The position numbers and the translations under genes were made by a program. A stretch of DNA of 63,154 nucleotides, filler included, from Sphacelaria rigidula (lineage: Eukaryota): NCBI GenBank assembly GCA_964200075.2. It is 6 parts of 6 records of this genome, joined end to end, with 100 filler letters (N's around TTAATTAATTAA, not from the genome) between each part and the next. Parts side by side here need not be neighbours in the genome. Positions count along the whole stretch, not along the records: positions 42,173 to 52,613 come from CAXNAA020006483.1; positions 52,714 to 63,154 come from CAXNAA020006484.1; 4 more parts are not named here. One strand, written 5' to 3'. Position 1 is the first letter of the stretch. Every line of letters begins with the position of its first letter. The notes under the pieces were generated by a model. That model was given only the letters and a program-made list of their open reading frames with translations. It did no database searches and was not told where the DNA came from. Below are positions 48,783 through 62,601 of the stretch, one piece after another.

Positions 48783-49856
48783 CAGTAGTACGGTGACATG
48801 ATTCTGTACTCTCTCTCTAATCTGTCACTACTTGATGCGTGGCCGATTTCCTTTCGTCTGCGTGTCTACCATCTGCCAACTCGAAAAAAGAAGAAGTAAT
48901 CTGTGTCGATTATCTCAAAATCTCGAAGTTCTACGCTAGCGGTCTTCGTAGACGCCGACAAATTATGAAGAAAAAAGAGCTGTCGCTTTGTGTATTGTAC
49001 CCCGCGGCACAGAGAACCCCAGGTACAGAGCGTGGCGTGTACCGTAGCAGCAACATCATGACTGTATTATGTTCTTCTGGTTGTTAATTGTGCTGAGTCT
49101 ATCGGCAGCGCCATGTTTGTCGTGCCGTCTCTTCAGCAAAATGAGTGATGCACAGACAGAACGGTACACACGTGACAATGTAGGTAGACGTAAGCCCCAC
49201 CAAAACACACAGGACAGTACAATGCTGTACAGCACAGTGCAGCGTCTTGTTTTCCCATATCCCCCGATGTGCTCCTTTCCTTTGTCTATGGGCGTCACCA
49301 AAGGATCAGATTCCACCGACCTCCGGAGAGCGTGATTCCTTTCTCCCGCCAGCTTCAAAATGTATCCTTTTAAACGCCGGGGTGATTCCCTGGGTCTTGT
49401 ACTCATTTTTCAAGAGATGTTTTCGCTGAAACAACAGAGAACTTACCTCGTGGGTGACACGCGGTCCATGCTCTTCCAAACAGAGGATGAGTGCTATAGA
49501 GACGGCGCGGCGAACATGGCGGTATCGATAGACTCAATATAACCAACGAACATGAGAGCAAAATACCGTCGCCATGATGTCTATCTCGGTACACGCTACA
49601 CTTTCTACCTCGCGTTCGCTGTGCCGCTGGGTACACAAAGCGGTAGCTCTTTCCTCTTCATGATGTGTCAGCGCGCACCATACATGGATGGGAAGTAAGC
49701 GACCATATAATGTTCAGCTTTGAAACGACCAGCACAGAACAAAGCTACATTTTCGAGCTGACAATGGGAAGTCACTCAGACAAAAGGAAGTTGGCCAAGC
49801 GATGAGAAGTGAGAGATGAGAGACAGTACAACATCATTATACTGTCGTACTGACTG
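48783..49856. mobile_element. Non-autonomous element with ~360-bp diverged TIRs, Tc1/mariner-like
   Basis: TA|CAGT left end and ACTG right end; 48783-49140 aligns with the reverse complement of 49490-49856. Confidence 0.7.
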
Positions 49857-50191
49857 TGCTACTGCGCCCTGCCTTCGTTGTGCTGGCTTCGATTGAAAGT
49901 ATGAAAGTGTGGCTGAAGTCTCCACGGTCTGGGTGGATGCGGCGCTGGCCAGCCGCAAGTATTTTCGCCTTCATCCTTGGTGCGCATGGTTTTCGATGGT
50001 GCGCCGTGTGCACACAATTTTTCCCGCAAGCCATATACAATTTTTCCTAAACCAAACATGCATATCTCCTCCGTTGGGAAATATCATCTTTGTGTGAGTT
50101 ATTGGTCCGTGAATTAGTATCAAAACATATGGGTATAACTAAAGTTAATTATGCCCACATTTTCACAGTCACGTAACATTCATGCGCATTG

Positions 50192-50811
50192 GGGCGTGTC
50201 TTCGCACTTCGTTTTTCGATCGAAAAAATGGGACGGTGGATATAAAAGAGAAGCGGGCAATGTGCAGTGCAGACAGTACAGGAAATCAGTTCTTCCTGCT
50301 TACAACGCAACGTGAAGAGGACTTCAGCAACGTGCAGCTTTGTTCTGCCTGGACTGTCCATGAGCGTGCACGCGACTCGGTTGCCCACCGTACCACGCAG
50401 TTCCGTGGCTGATGCCTACCATGAGAGAATATGCGCAAGTTTTCCCGGACATAAAAAAAATAAAGCACACCCGACAACTGCAGTGTATCTATCCCTGGCC
50501 TCAACTCGTGCTCTATGCTGCAGGGTTGCGGTGGTAGCTGAGAATGAGTTAGTTGGATGGAGTTTTCATCATCCTGTGAACAGGTGTTATCTGGCGTAGT
50601 GGTCCGAGAGATAGGAATCGAGTGCCGCTTCGTGCCTTTCGACCGATCGAAAATGGTTGGTTCTCACCTCGAACTATTCTCCTCCGCGTGCCGCTCATGA
50701 TAATTTTGAGTTGGAGCCTTCTGGGAACATAAACGCGGTGGACTAATCAGATCGGCAAAAAAAAATTCGACCGCACTTTTTCGATCGAAAAAAAAGTGCG
50801 AGGACACGCCC
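50192..50811. mobile_element. Harbinger-like MITE
   Basis: TIR GGGCGTGTC(T/C)TCGCACTT...TTTTTCGATCGAAAAA; flanks TTG and TTA. Confidence 0.65.
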
Positions 50812-52613
50812 TTAGTTCGAGCGGTAGCCCTTGCTAATTTACACAAAGCAGTCTAGGGAGAATGTGTCGCAGCTGACTGTTCATGTCAGTGGATAGTTGC
50901 TCCGCTATTTATTCTGTAGCGGGTCATAAACTGTACGTGGTCTGTGGAGGAGGACAGTTGCTCCGCAACTATCTTGATTTCTTAGTGTTGCTCAGCATTT
51001 ATATCATTTAATTTTTCTACGTGCCTAGAACGTGTGTATCGCAACAGCAGATGCGACACGAGACAATACGTACACAGAGGGCTGAGAAAACACGCACAGA
51101 CACGTACCAGTCACGCGGCCCATGAACTGTTCGCTCCGCTATTACCTCAAATTTATACTGCACATGATGAGTATCTCTGTTGCTGTTGAGCTGCTCCGCA
51201 TTTAGTTGAATTGATTTCATGCACAGAGGTCAGCCGTGACTGAAAAACGTGTGTAGGCTGCAGAAGACACCGAGCCCCGAGAAAACGCGCACAGATATGT
51301 GCGCTAGGTTGCATTTCCTTTCTAATCTGTGCGCATTAGCGATATGCCTTGCTAATGCACACGCGGCAGCCTTCTTTTGACGGAAATTTGTTCTGTACAT
51401 TGGAGGACACGTGTCGTTGCTCACCGCTCGCGCTAGTGTGCCGCGATCGTTTCTCTTCAAATTCTGAAGAAATTTGAGCAAGGCCACGCAGAACGTGCTC
51501 AGGTGATGACTAGCTACGGCCCGAGCTGTGTGTTTGGGGTTTGCAGGGGCACCAAGTTGCTGAGGCTCACCTCTGATTGTGGTGGGTTGTGTAAACGCGC
51601 ATCAGTTCCTACCGCTTGCTAATCTACACGCATTAGTTTCATCGGTAGCCATTGCAGCCCAGTTGTCCTGTCTGTGTCATTTGAGGTTGGGGTTGTGTAT
51701 ATATGTACAGTCATCCCCAGGGTGGTTGGGAGTGGTGGTGAGGGGATGCAAATACTGTTCCGAAAATGATTATTTAGTGACTTGTATAGAGTATGGAAAA
51801 AGTGGACACGATCGATTTGATTGCAGTATGCAGCGGAGCGACATTACGCTGATAATAAATAGGAAATAGGCAAAATTAGGATAGGATCAATAAATAGGAT
51901 GAATGAATTGAAGAATACAAACGTCACTCTACAAACACCTACGGGACTGCCAGGCCGTGTTTTTGGAAATGAATGACCTGCACGCTGCAATGATGACACA
52001 GGAGAGCAAAGATTCGGCATGTGACCAACATAGGAATGCTTGTATTTCGCAGCGAGGGTTTTTTACATCAACAAGAAGCAGGCTCACGTGTTTGTTTGCT
52101 TTTTCCTTGAAGGAAGGAGGAAAGCTCACACAACCCTTAGGGCCGTTATTATCGACACAGTTTTTTGGGAGATCGTCCTAATTTTAGGCGTTTTCGCACT
52201 TTTTTTCGCACCTTCTCCCAAAATGAAGCGGCGAGATTTTGTCACCAAGCCTTCACGTTTGGCGAAAGTCCGATTTTTCGTACCCCAGCACAACACTCTG
52301 CAGAGCTGCCCCTGGCGCACGCCGTGGTGCTCGCGAGCATGCGATAGTCATCAGGAACCTTGCTAGTGACACCCTGGGCTATGTCGTGGCGTAAAAAGCA
52401 CCGCGGGGTGGCGGTATCTATCTCCTTAGACGGTGTGTGCCCCGGCAGCGGTGTTGGAGCTTTTGGGGTCATGCACGGTGGTCGCCGTTTGCAGGCATAC
52501 ACACTTTCGAAGTGAAGAGCAGAAACAATCCAGTGGCTATCTACTTGCCTGCTGTGCTGCTACGTGTGTACGCTACCGCACCGTCTGAAAAGTGTATAGC
52601 TGGTGGTTTGATT

Positions 52614-52713
52614 NNNNNNNNNNNNNNNNNNNNNNNNNNNNNNNNNNNNNNNNNNNNTTAATTAATTAANNNNNNNNNNNNNNNNNNNNNNNNNNNNNNN
52701 NNNNNNNNNNNNN
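52614..52713. other. Artificial contig linker
   Basis: N44-TTAATTAATTAA-N44. Confidence 0.97.
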
Positions 52714-53076
52714 ATACTTGAGTGTTTTACTCGAGTACTCAAAAGTACATACTCTACTCGACCTACCCTTGCATTTTTCCTGTTTGGCACGCTCTAACTT
52801 CCTGTGCGTGTTTTTTTTTTTCTCTGTACCCCCAATGGGGTTGCGCGGGTTGATGATAAAAATGCCTTGTCAAAATTTCAGCACGTAACTCCTCGAATTA
52901 CCAATGGCGTCTCCGCTGTTCGTTCAAAAATCACTGTCAGCTGGCCCAGCTCGTATACTTTTTCCGGTTCTACAGACGGCAATGCCAAGGCGAACATGGC
53001 CTGTCCTTCACATGACAGCATGCATAGCCAAGATAACACAACGCATACCTCCTGCACTAACATTGATTATGGACAG

Positions 53077-56000
53077 AGAGTCTTCGCGACCACGTTCTGC
53101 GGGCGACCTGCGGTAATTAAGGAGAGGTTTCGCAAGACCTATCGTTTGCCCGAACTCGACAAAAAGATCACTACTAAAAGGACCTTGCAGGTGAGTGAGT
53201 GCCCCCCCGCGACCCTACGTTACACGTGTTGTGCCTGTGCCTAACTTCACAACAGTGCTATAGTGTACGTTCGCGCTGTCTTTAGTATGCTGATCAAGGT
53301 AGGTTACGATGTAAGGCAGAAACGACCAAATTGTTTGCAATTGTCTACAGTTCAGTCGAGACCAAGTCCAAGTACTTCCAGTGCTATGGTGCTCGCGGAT
53401 AAAACTCAGAACCTCCCCCATGGTGGCTGTTCCCCGACCTATCTGAGCCGGGTGCACATATGCCTGCTGTACTATAGAGAACGTGGCATCGCGGATACGA
53501 CATGCAACACACGATTGGTGGCATGATTCATCGTACGAATTATCTTGGTACGGTCGTGGAAGCTGGATCGGCGATGGCAGTATTAGCTTGGCGTTTATGT
53601 CCGTCGAAGATATTGCTGCTGATGTTGCTGTTGTTGTTGCCGATGTTGCGGTTGTGGTTGCGATGACGGGGGTTGCTACGACGGTGAAAGTTATTGTTGT
53701 TTCCGGTGTTGCTGCTTACGTTCCTGCTGCTCAGTTGATTTCTACACTCGGAGTCGTCGTGTTTGTCAGTATGGTGAAAACTGCACCATTTTACAGGCCT
53801 GATCCCGCAGTATGGCTGCCTTCTGATACGACAGTCACGCAAATGATGGCCTGGTTTCCCACATGAGTAGCAATTTCCACGAAATTTCGAGGATTAGTTC
53901 GAATAGTTCGGCATTGATGCCGCCAACATTGCTGAATCATGGCCATGCGATCTGCCAGCAGTGATTTTGCGCGCCATATTTTGCGCATTGTTGTTTCAAT
54001 GTTCTCAACGCTAGAGTCCGGGTCGCGCTCAGCGTTGTACTTGATTTGAACGTAGTCGCTCGTTAGATCTTCAGTTACTATGTCAGTCAATCTCTCTTCC
54101 GAGGTAACCTCGCCTATGTGGACAAGCTCGTCGCAGAGTTGATATATTCTCGCGCGAAAGACATCCGGATCTTGCCATGGTGACATGGTGATGTCGTCCA
54201 GTTGTCTCATTAAAATGCGGCGTCTCTGCTTCGAGGAATTCTTGTATTTGGCTACCAGACCTTCCCACACATGTCTGCCGCTTGGTTTCTCTGAACCCTT
54301 CGGCTGAAGACGCAAAAAATAACTTGCCGCTGAATCAGTTGTCGACAGATACAAAACGTTCAACAACTGCTCGTTACACCGGTCCCAGTTTTCTATGTTA
54401 CGCGTGTTCGAGATTTGCCTCACATGTGACGTCGCGTTGGGATGACCAGCCACTTCTCGCGCAGGATGTTGGGCTTTATCAGTACTTCCAGTCTCACCCG
54501 CCGCTGCTGTCTTCTCGCTCCTCGCGGTTGCCCCCACCGATAACGAACGCGAACGAGAGGACGGCTGCTGGCGACTCCTTGAATGGGTCTCAATAGGGCT
54601 TGTTCTCGATGTCGATCTGGCAGCTGGTTGTGGCAGGTCTTCCTCAGAAAACGTTTCATGAATTTCCGTGGGGCGTCCAACTTCGTTAAGAATACCAGAA
54701 ATCCCCGGATGAGTTAAAGAAATGATCGCGCGCGTAGAGCGCGTCCACTCGACGAACTTCGTACCGTCGAACTTGTTAATACTCCTGATGGGCTGAGTTA
54801 CAGAGGGCTCTCCCGACATATTGACCTGCCTCAGGTTGTTCGTAAAACTTTTTTTTCACACCTGTACATCTCTTTGAAAATATATGGTTTCTTGGTTTTC
54901 AGGCTGTCGCTGCTGAGACGACCTTGAAGTGACGTCTCCTCGCTCGTGCTGACCGACGTAGTCTCGAATCGAAGGCTGATAACCTGATGACCTACGTGGT
55001 TGCAAATCGAGGCTCATAACCTGTTGAAAATATTGGCTCGTGTTGTGTGGTACTGTCCTCAAGACAGACCGACTACCGTTGCGTGGACAGTAGTGTATGG
55101 CAGAGGTTGCGCCGTGGTGGTTAGACCACTTGCTTCTGCAGCAGATAGAAAATGAAAGGAGATATAAGATTTTTTCGGGGGGCTTCACTTGACTAAAAAT
55201 TAAACAACCTCTTTTGCATGCAGAGGGCTGAAGAAACGAAGGAGAGTGATTGCGTTGGGGACCGAGGTGGCTGAGTCCAAGCATCCTCAATCTTGGCACA
55301 AAAAGCCAAATCCGTACACGTACGCAAGATCAAATCGTATAATCCAATTCAACATTGCTACTGCTGACGCAGTTGCCTTGCCAGCTCTTAGCTCACGTCA
55401 GCTGCAAGCTCACGCACAAGATATCCCTCAGCTTGCGTAGTCTAGATACTCTGCTAGAGCATCTTTCATTGACAAATCATGGCAACACGCCTATTGTACT
55501 TCAGCAATATCCTACTTGAAACGTCCCTCAAACAATTAGACTAAAAATTACCACAAACGAGGTACTCCGTGAAAGAGATACGCGGTTCGTGATTCCCTTG
55601 AACCGTCATGAGTTGTACCGCTTATCTTGCTGCGACGACTTCATTCAAACGCAATGAATACAGCCTATATCATCTAGATTCTCAACAGATACAAGGTCAG
55701 CGTCGTGTGTCCAGCCAGGCATTCCCTCTTTAAGTTGTATACGATGTGCCGTAGTAGAGATATACCGCAGTACCCCACTGGTTAAACAAATCAAGGGATT
55801 TAGTTTGAGGATACACAAAAAGGGTATACCCCGTGGGCCCGGTTTTGAACAAAAAAAGGTTGTGGGCTCTTTGGTTTAGGGCGGGGCGCTGCACGCGGGT
55901 TGAGCCCCTCGAATATACGCCCCAACGCCTTAGTCCCACGCCTGAGGTGCCTGAGCAGTACGCCTGGCCTTTTTTCTTTGACACATATAATAGCATCATC

Positions 56001-59000
56001 TAACTACGACGCGGAAATGGAAAGCCTGTTAGAGCACATTTTTTTGTCAACAAATCAGCCGGAAACACCCGTCTTTGCTGAAAATTCGTCTCATACCCTT
56101 TCGGTTGATCTTTGCACCATTTCGTGCTCAAGTACGGACCCAAAAAATCTGACAATGCATACCTTTCGCCCAGTTCCGCAAATCGCAGACCCCGCGACGC
56201 TCTGATGTTCCTCATGATGACGCCACATGACGCCGTTCGGGCGTGTGTGTGCCGGCAAGACTCTCACATGTGTTTGGATCTTTGTGATTTCCCGCACACG
56301 GGCGTTCGTGTCCTGCATGCAGCGTCTGATCTTCGGGGTTTGCGGGCCAACCAGCAGTGGGCTACAAGTTCTTGTGTTGTTGGGTTTCGGTCTGTAGAGT
56401 AGTCCACCTCCAGTATACGTACAGGTGCGTGATAAGCTGCCTGTTGGTACAGGATATGGACATGAGATTTACATGAGACTAGGTCATCGGGTATTCTCTG
56501 GAGTATGACTATGTCTGCTCGACATATGATGTGTGTGCAGGGAGGTCGTGACTTCCGATAACGAAGGCTGTGTGTTCGTGTACAACATCTGTCTTGAAGT
56601 CTCCAAGCCCTAGTGAGGGAGGAAGCCCTTGGAGTAGTCCTGTGACGTTATTCTCAGTCCAGGAGGGGTCTATAATAAACGTTTATTCAGGGAATCTGCT
56701 GGTTCAGCTGCGGACAGTTTGTGCCTGTTCATGTACATGGAGGTATGCAGTAAGTAACGCGAGGACGCTCTGTGAACAGAGGGACAGCTACGTTGGCTGG
56801 AAGCACCGCGTGAAGCTATATAAGGAAGAATGGCAACGCGCAGGTGGTGGGAGCGATACAGCCGATGAGGTGAAGTTTAAATTTACTGAGCTCATGCCAG
56901 GTGGTTCGCTTGAAGCACCATAGTACGAACGGCATTAAAGTAAAATGCCTCCAGACGCCTTCCCAGCAGTATATGGAGTACGAGGAAGCCGTACAAGCAA
57001 CAAGGGACGTACAGTGCAGCCCGCCTTCCTGACAGAAACAGAACTCGTGCCCGAGCACATTCGCGCTGTCTGTCACGTACAATTTTCGACGGATCGGTCC
57101 TTGATTACGGTAATTCGAAGGAGGTACTACAGTAGACAGATATGCGAAATGTTTGAAGGATACAGGAATCGATTCTTCGGTTGCTGCAGCTGGTGTGCAG
57201 AAGGCGTTGGCCTCCCGCAACTAGCCGACCGTCATGGGTCAGATTAAAGGGCAGTGGGGTACCCTCGAGGAATACTTCGCCGAGAACACGGGCGTTGAGC
57301 ACGTCTTCCGCGAGGATCAGTCGTTTAAAGCAGGACCCGCTCTAATTATTACGCGGGAATTGATCGCCAGAATGACCCCCCCCACCCGAATTCAAGACGA
57401 AAGTTCTCAACATGTTACACATGGATGGGTGTGTGGAAAGAGGACCCTGGGCTCATGTATGATAGGGCTTGGGAAGCACAGAGGCATGGAAGACGGTAGA
57501 AGCGGCTGATAAGCAGCACCGTCACCAGCTGCACTTGAAACAGAAGAGCCGCAGCGGGCGTCCCGGGTCCAAGAGACAACTGTCCGAAGAGAAACAAGAA
57601 TGCTCGGAAACTGGGCACAAGCTAAGCGGGTTGTCTCACATGTGGAGACAAGGGCCACTTCCGGAAGAATTGCAAGCAGTTAGGCCAAGCTGCGGCTCCA
57701 AAACATAATGCAGGTGGGCAGACGAAGGCCGACGACACCAACACCAACAGTAGCAGATGTCGCAGGGTCCTGGACAGGTGCCTCGAGTAGGGGGCAAGAG
57801 TCCCGCCCCTACAAGGGCTGCTTTATCAGCCGATGGAGGGGGCGCTCCCAGCGATGGAGCGATGCTGCCGCCAGAACCCGTCGTTTCTACTACGTAGTGT
57901 AGTGGCGTACAACAGACCATGTCGGCGGAAACAGTCCCGGGCTGGAACTCCGAGGCGGTGTCGGCGTGGAGATCGCTAATACATGGTGAGGTGTCAGGCT
58001 TTTAGTCTGAGGGTCTTGAAGTAGATGAAAAGGAAAGGTGGTGTCTCGCTGACTTGTCTGTACCGAGTGTAGGGGCAAAGATTGGTCCGGTCAAGGCCAT
58101 TTTAGACTCGGAATCTGGAATTACGACAATGTCAGTGGGTGTAGCGACGACATTGCAAGCTATGGTTCCGGATGTTCGAGTGGTCACAATCATGGTTAGT
58201 GTACAGCTCGTGAAACTATCTGATGGTAATTTTGAGCGCGCGACTTGCCTTGTCCGAACCGCTTTACACACCAGCTGGGGACCGGTTGGGGACCGGTTGT
58301 GTTGGACCCATGTGCATATGCGATCGTGCTGGGTACAGCTGATGTAACTATCGTGGGGAGCCCCATGCCGCAGTCGCTGGGCATTGAAGTGTACGGTAGC
58401 TTAGGCACCTATGCACGGGCGAGGAACACTTCGATGCCTAGTGTAGACACGCCTGATTTCAAGGCTTGTCGGCGTGTTAATATCGCAGCTGACGCTTTAC
58501 AGCAGTCAGGTGGTCAGGAGAAGCCCGTACATTCCTCGGTGGAGCGGTTGTTATCGAGAGGTCCGGAGATGAGCATATCCCCGAAACAAGAGCTTGCGGA
58601 GCTTCATGTTGCGCCGGAGGAGGCGGTACAGGCCACCGCGAAGAACGGTATATCTGAGAGCGAACGTTTTCGGCGAGTGCTGCGCGGGTATCCGCATGCT
58701 CGTGTCGACCCCTTGAAGGTGAACTTCAGCTGCTGTGGCGGAAGAGGCTCGGCCGAGGGCATACTCTCCGGTCAAGACGGGGTGGTTGGCACGCTGCATC
58801 ACAACATTGGTGGCGCTCGGGCTCGTGTATCGCATTTTGCAGGTAGTGTGGACAAGAGCAACGATTGCAACGCCCAAGAAAATATGTTTCAGACGGATGA
58901 GCTGAGCAATTTTCCCATCCGCACAGAGAGACGGTGCATGGTACTTGCCCAGGGTTGGTGATGCATTCCAATTTTCTCTGTGTTGGCGAAAGTGTTCCCC

Positions 59001-62000
59001 TGGGAGATAGTGGATTGAACGAAGGAGATCGGTTCAAGTACACATTGGTAATGATGGACGAGCTGAGCAACTTCATGTGGTTGGAGCCCGCAGAGTCTTG
59101 TACGGCGGCGACGACGGTGAAGCATCTGTTGACATGGTGCAAAATCCTGGGGCCGCCGGAGGTACGGGTCAGCGATACGGCATCGCATTTCAAGAATCGT
59201 GGGGTGAGAGCGCTCGAGAAGGCGCTGACACTGGGTCGCAGATTCGTGGTGGCCAACTCGCCGTGACCTTATCGTGAATGTGAGCGAATGCTGCGTGAAA
59301 TCGTTTCTACCTTGAAGGTCATGTTGCAGGAGGAAACACGCGATGCTAATGGCTGGGTGGGTTTGGTGCCTGCCGTGCAGTGGTCATCGAACACCGATTT
59401 CCGCGAGAGCTATGAGAGGTGTAGCTGTACCTATGCTGCGAGGAGCGAATGTTCGGGTGGAAACGCCGCTCTATGGTGCGGGCGAGATTGCGGCTCGAGT
59501 GCCTGCTGTTTCTCAGGAGCGCAGGAGAACAACAAGGAAGGTACTACCTGAGGTGCTTGCTGCTGTAGTGAGCGCTGGGTGTGGTGATATTCAGGAGCGA
59601 ACACTGGTGTAATTGAGTGCTTGTTGGAAATGAAAAGACGTCATGGCTGGTACTGATGAATCGTTTCGAGGACGGTTTAAGCTTGTCGTGGTGTGGTTTG
59701 CAGTCATGTTGGTGGTCATGTTTGTAAATTAAGCATTGCGGTTGAGCGCGTAGGGCCGCAATGCATATGCTGGGCGAAATGCTGGCATGCATGTGTGTGT
59801 TTTTCGCTCGAATGTTACCGATGTGCATGGTGTCTGGTGAAGAGTCAGGGTGAAGCAGTATTCAACACACTCCTGTGTGCTTAATGAAAGTTTTTATAAT
59901 CTTGTTCGCGCAGGAAGATAGTGGAATTATCTTTGTGCGGTTTGCAATGCACATACTGACTGTAGGAGATGGCAATTGCTGCTGTTGGCGTGAAAATGAG
60001 CGGAAACTACCAAATGCGTAGGCTCATATGTGAGCAGGTACAGCGCGAGTGCTTCCAGTGCTTGAAGATAAAGACGATACGCGCGCATACCGTGGCCTTT
60101 GATCGTGGCACTACTTTTGATGACTTGCTACGTGTTTGGACGAGCACATGGATGGTGTTTAGCCTCTTTTTGAAAGTAGCATGTGGGTGGTTGATTGAAT
60201 GATTGATTTTCGCACTTCAACTGACCCGCCAGGGGTCCAGCCGTGGTGTCATGATATGGTGTGCCCATTTATCTGGAAGGAGCACCGCAGTTTGTAGAAC
60301 CTGAGCTGTGTAAGCTGGAACTAAGTGGAACGGCGCGGGCACGTTTGCAGGCAAAGTACGGTATCAAGCTTAGAGCGATTTGACTCATTTAGTTTGAGTT
60401 GATTTGGTTTTATTATCGCACTTGAACTGACCCCCAGGGATCCACCCATCGTCGCATGATGGACGTACCCACGAGGCAACAAAACTGAAACACTCGCTGA
60501 AGAAGGAACAGAAAAAAAAGTAGAACGGCGACATGGTAGACTAAGACGTACAATAAATAAATAAATAACAGAAACAATAAATAAAAGGAAAAGAAAGCAC
60601 AGTAAGAAATGGCCGGTCTCTGCTACACGGCTTCAGCGTACAAGGTCTTGCGCAGAACCACACTCATACCCCGTCATGGGAAACGAAAGACCGTGGAAAG
60701 GGAAAATTTGCAGATCATCTGCTACAAGCGCTCTATTTAAGGTATGGGCCTTCTCATCTACGAAGAAACGCAATGAAGCGAGGTACCACATTGCTTTGGT
60801 ATACACCGGCAGGAAATAACACATGTATAGAGAGGAAGGTTGGGATGAGGGAGAACAGGGAGGAGATTACAGAAGTGAAGCAAAAAAAAAAACGTGCGTG
60901 AGATTATTGAATGCTACTGATTGAGATGGTATCATGCTTGGTGTGTTTGCTTTGTGTGAGTATGCTATGACTGGCAACTACCATTGACTGAATTATTGAC
61001 TTCACTGAGTTCGATTGAGACGTTGTATTTGAGTGCCGATGTTCAGGGTTGTGCGAATTATCATTTTCTTTGAAGGGTGTGTCCTTAAGCATGAAAATGT
61101 CACGAAAATGCAATGTCACGAAAATGGTACGATGCAAAAAAAGGGTGTGTCCTTAAGCATGAAAGGGCACGCAGATGAACAAAAAGGGTATGGTATCAAT
61201 TTGAGCAGAATCGGGTGTACGCCTCATTGATTTGTTGACGAAAAAAGATGCTCTCACAGGCTCTCCCTTTTCGCGCCGTGGTTAAAAGGTCGAGCATGCT
61301 CTTTAGGCACCTTGGGCGTGGGGCTGAGCCACTGGAACGTGTTCTCGAGATGCTCGGCCCGCGTACAGCGCCGCACCCCAAGCGTAAGGTGCACTGCCCT
61401 ATTTTGTTCAAAAACAGGGGTTGTACCTTTTTCGAATGTTCCATTTTATTGTGTACTTGGTTACTGGTACTGTGTACAGAAAGAAAACCGAATCCCTCGT
61501 GCTCGGAGGTGCTGTGGTACCCTTATTTTGCGGCTGTCATGAACCCTGACAAATACGGGGGGCTGTCATTATTGTGCTTCTTTCTCTTTTGCTGCAGGAG
61601 GCCCGAGCGATGGTGAAAGCGCGAAAGGCTGGCGTTTCCACTCCTTGCTTATATTTGATAGATAGCTCTAACAGCAAGATATACATGGAGAGGATAGACG
61701 GTGTCACGGCCAAGCAATTCATCCTCGACTGCATGGAAAGTAAGTCGCCACCACCGTTCGCTACGCCTGTGACATGCATGCAGCATGTGGTGTTGATTCT
61801 CGCTTCTCTGTTGTACGAGTGGATTTCTTGTCTGTAAAGCGTCAACCGCGTCATCATCTTCCTGTTTGAATACATGTGATTCGCGCATTACACCAGAGCG
61901 TGATACGGCCAGCATGGTTGTAGTACCGGAGTATCTGCCGCTTGGAGTCTGTGGGTATTTAGCGGCATACGTACGGATATACGATGCTAGCTTTACATCG

Positions 62001-62601
62001 GCTTTGAGTCATGGATATTGTCCCATGCGTGATGTACCTTCGTCCCTTTGCGGTGGAGCAAGAGGCGCCATTGGGCCCAGGAAGCCATCCTAGATGGGTG
62101 TGCCGTTGAGGTGATCGGTGCACTGTGTACAGCGCGTCTATTTCGGACACTGTAATTGGTGCTACGCTACCGCTCGTATAGGGCGATGCGTAGCGTCTCC
62201 GATCGTTAGAACTTTGGAATCATTGTAGCGAACAACACTGTCGTTTTTGGCCCGTTGTCCCAATGTTTACTTTGTTCACCTTTTGGTTATATCGCTTTGT
62301 GCTTGTCTCCATCTATACTACATTAGATACGTGGTTTCCCTGGTTGATGTACCCACTACTGTGACTACACTACTGTGACTACACTACTGTGACTACACTA
62401 CTGTGACTACACTACTGTGACTACACTACTGTGACTACACTACTGTGACTACACTACTGTGACTACACTACTGTGACTACACTACTGTACATCGTCGTCT
62501 GTGCTGCATGGTGAATGGCTGCAGAACACCAGGACCCTGAGGCAGCGTTGCGGATAGCACGCGAGATTGGAAAGATGGTGGCCAAAATGCACGATGCCCA
62601 G
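53077..62601 (+). CDS. BUD32: KEOPS/EKC complex kinase Bud32/TP53RK; three internal exons
   Basis: Exon 53077-53190 (RVFATTFCGRPAVIKERFRKTYRLPELDKKITTKRTLQ), 61598-61739 (EARAMVKARKAGVSTPCLYLID...IYMERIDG) and 62525-62601 (ALRIAREIGKMVAKMHDAQ). GT-AG ends and phases 0/0/1/0 are consistent. Confidence 0.92.
53400..55354 (-). mobile_element. 5' part of a Ty1/Copia element (LTR, PBS, gag) in the BUD32 intron
   Basis: 333-bp LTR 55022-55354 with TGTTGAA/TTCAACA ends; PBS GGTTATGAGCC at 55021-55011 (Copia-type); gag KFDGTKFVEW...VWEGLVAKY...; frameshifted zinc knuckle; WCSFHHTDKHDDSEC. Confidence 0.85.
56760..59560 (+). mobile_element. Degenerate Ty3/Gypsy internal region in the BUD32 intron
   Basis: Protease VKAILDSES (58054-58347), RT start fragment YSPVKTGWLA, integrase MDELSNFMWLEPAESCTA...VSDTASHFKNR. 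Closely similar to the element at 24452-29190. Confidence 0.85.
62354..62488 (+). repeat. 14-bp minisatellite (CACTACTGTGACTA) x9.6
   Basis: Perfect tandem copies ending 36 nt before the exon starting at 62525. Confidence 0.95.

Noticed and set aside
10445-52713. Functional clustering of the four genes, or TTAATTAATTAA as a biological motif
   Set aside because: The linkers are assembly artefacts and the genes lie on different contigs.
52804-53076. N-terminal coding region of BUD32
   Set aside because: No QGAEA glycine-loop motif; a clear CAG acceptor at 53076 indicates intron.
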